64,000 bases of DNA from a virus. Taxonomy: Duplodnaviria > Caudoviricetes. The stretch lies in IMG/VR virus record IMGVR_UViG_3300025437_000009; one strand, 5' to 3'. The notes under the pieces are model-generated. The model saw only the letters and a list, made by a program, of their open reading frames with translations, made no database searches and had not been told where the DNA came from. This document shows, piece after piece, positions 62,246 through 64,000 of the stretch (position 1 is the stretch's first letter; each line of letters opens with the position of its first letter). The position numbers and the translations under genes were made by a program.

Positions 62246-63197
62246 TTAACTACGTTTGATTTGGTCAATCAAGCCTGGGGTAAAAGTCGGCTCAAACTTT
62301 TCATACACTGACTGGGTTTTGGCTTTCCAATCTGCTCGTTCTTCGGGGGTTAGGTCATGGATATTAACGCCCTCGGCTAATAAACGTTCGCGAGCTTCTT
62401 CACCATCGGCAATAGTTGCTTCGCGTTCTTTACGTCCGGCTTTGATAGCAGCATCTTTGATTACAGCACGTACTTCTGGGCTTAACTGTTGCCAAAAGTC
62501 ATTACGCATAATCATAGTGGTTAAGAATAAACTATGCTTGCTATCAATTACACTTTTAGTAACTTCGTTTTGTCCCAACGGGTAAACACGGCTGTATACA
62601 CCTTCGCCTGCATCACAATCACCTGCTTTGATATGTTCAGCTAGGTCTTCGATTTCACAAACATAAGGTTCATCAACACCCAATGCTTTAAATGTTTCTT
62701 GTGCTACAGGATTACGGTTAGTTCTGATCTTCATCAGTTAACCCTTTTAGTGTACTTACTTGTTTGTTGCTCAACACATTGCGGAAACCGCCCGAGTATG
62801 TAAATGCCATGCCACGTACATTTGATTTTTCTGTAATCTTGTCTAACAAGAATTCGCCAACTTCGCCTTCTAACACACGAGTAGCGTGATCATGATCTTC
62901 AAAAATAAATGGCATTTCTAATGCCAACATATCTTGTTCATACTTTTCAGCTAACCAAGTTGTGTACATTTGGCTCATTTCAATCTTACCTTGTTCCATT
63001 AGGTCAAGTAAGTCATGTTTAGTAACTACAACACCATCATTATACTTTTGTGAATACTCAGCCAATGTCATAACTTCTACTTCAATCTTTTCAGCTGTTT
63101 GAGCGGCATTAACAAAGTCTTGGAAATCTTTGGCAGCACGCACAAATAGACTCAATGGTTCGTGAGCAATAACCCAACGAATTTTAGTTGTTTTCAT
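62246..63197 (-). pseudogene. TRAP DctP-like solute-binding protein, split by a frameshift near 62730
   Basis: N part 63197-62718 (...YSGGFRNV...) and C part 62734-62246 (MKIRT...) are consecutive halves of one fold in different frames. Confidence 0.7.
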
Positions 63198-63353
63198 TTT
63201 TAATTCCTTTATGTATATGTATTTTGGCTGGCGTTCTACGTGTATCACAGTAGTAAAAGGGTACTTACCCCAGGCGTCTGACGTCAACAAGAGTGTCGGC
63301 GTTGCTACTATTATTTATCCGTGATTAAAATCTATTGTGGATATTGATCCGAC

Positions 63354-63686
63354 TTGCAGTTAAGTCTCGAAGACTATGCCAAACAAAACAATGTCATTAG
63401 ATTCGATGCGGCCTTTTGTCTAGGATCAATCAACTTTGGATCTGTAGAAGATATCGAACATCAAATTGGTCTAGTGGTGCAATTACTAAAAACAAAAAAT
63501 TCGAGAATTTATTGGCGTTGTAATCCCGGCCGTAAAGATCATAAAAATCCAGACTGTGAATCAATTGACTTTTATCCGTGGTCGTTTGACGATCACCATA
63601 GGCTCGCTGAAAAATTTGGTTTTACTGTTAATGAACTTGATTGGGACTCTAATAATAGGATTTATGCAGAATGGGTAAAGAAATAA
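63354..63686 (+). pseudogene. Probable 5'-truncated class I methyltransferase-like ORF
   Basis: FDAAFCLGSINF...RCNPG resembles the C-terminal half; no motif I; an IDP-coding remnant lies upstream in another frame. Confidence 0.4.
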
Positions 63687-63805
63687 CAACTCAGCATAAT
63701 ATTTAATCCAAATGAGTTGTATATAAACACGCTGTTTATCATCAGGAAACCAGAGCCTAAATACTTGTGTAGGTAGCACGACACTACTACTTCAAGGAGA
63801 CAAGA

Positions 63806-64000
63806 TTGTCTAGACGTCAAAAGAGAGCTTCCGCTCTATTAGTAAACGATAGCAGTATCAGCAGTTTCAGCAGTAACAATACAGTAAGAATGGACTTGTA
63901 TCAAAAAAATTCAAAACCTCAACAACGTCCAATAACACTTCTACCAAAAAGCCTAACACAAGAAACATATATTGATCTATTAACTGATCCTAGCCGCCTG
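63806..64000 (+). CDS. phoH: PhoH-family ATPase, N-terminal part (runs off the window; not in the ORF track)
   Basis: SD AAGGAG, TTG start, MSRRQKR...ITLLPKSLTQETYIDLLTDPSRL, the segment that precedes the PhoH Walker A; TAAATA upstream. Confidence 0.65.
   Translation, partial: MSRRQKRASALLVNDSSISSFSSNNTVRMDLYQKNSKPQQRPITLLPKSLTQETYIDLLTDPSRL

Noticed and set aside
63688-63720. CAACTCA..TGAGTTG inverted repeat as an ncRNA
   Set aside because: A single weak hairpin after a stop codon; at most a terminator or processing site.
473-63779. Numerous 60-170 aa ORFs antisense or out of frame to long genes (e.g. 3269-3724, 36025-36372, 53753-54172)
   Set aside because: They overlap well-supported genes, lack an SD or motifs, and show mirror-image composition.
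1-64000. CRISPR array, tRNA genes, DGR, stop-codon recoding
   Set aside because: No regularly spaced repeats, no T-loop/acceptor cloverleaf and no reverse transcriptase were seen by eye; TAG and TGA act as normal stops. A tRNAscan/CRT run is still advisable.

Overview
This 64 kb window is a fragment of a large lytic dsDNA tailed-phage genome (T4-like or jumbo type). It is AT-rich, densely coding and mostly on the minus strand, and it reads in the standard code. The host is probably Gram-negative, since the window encodes spanins and a GH19 endolysin. Left to right it holds: a partial DHFR; a MoxR AAA+/VWA pair; a glycosyltransferase/metallophosphoesterase pair; a self-contained four-gene operon (ParB-like, HNH, ABC-ATPase-GNAT, GIY-YIG); an RNase H/flap nuclease; a dispersed 7-deazaguanine DNA-modification pathway (queE, queD, folE, DpdL-like QueD paralog, TGT/DpdA-like, no queC in view); a sliding clamp and family B DNA polymerase; a block of probable head-packaged proteins with T4-like capsid-targeting N-termini and repeated xxE cleavage sites; ClpA and DnaJ; a lysis module; orphan transporter solute-binding proteins; and the start of phoH. 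Two promoter classes are readable: sigma70 with 17-bp spacers, and T4-late-like TAAATA. The most interesting signals are (1) a preQ1-I-like pseudoknot plus an RBS-sequestering hairpin in front of queD, (2) the four-gene nuclease/acetyltransferase operon with reiterated leader hairpins, (3) the protease-processed internal-protein cargo block, (4) an HNH element that has replaced the 3' end of folE, (5) an intergenic four-way-junction RNA, and (6) late-promoter-released RBS locks on lysis genes. All family assignments come from motif recognition by eye; no database search was run.
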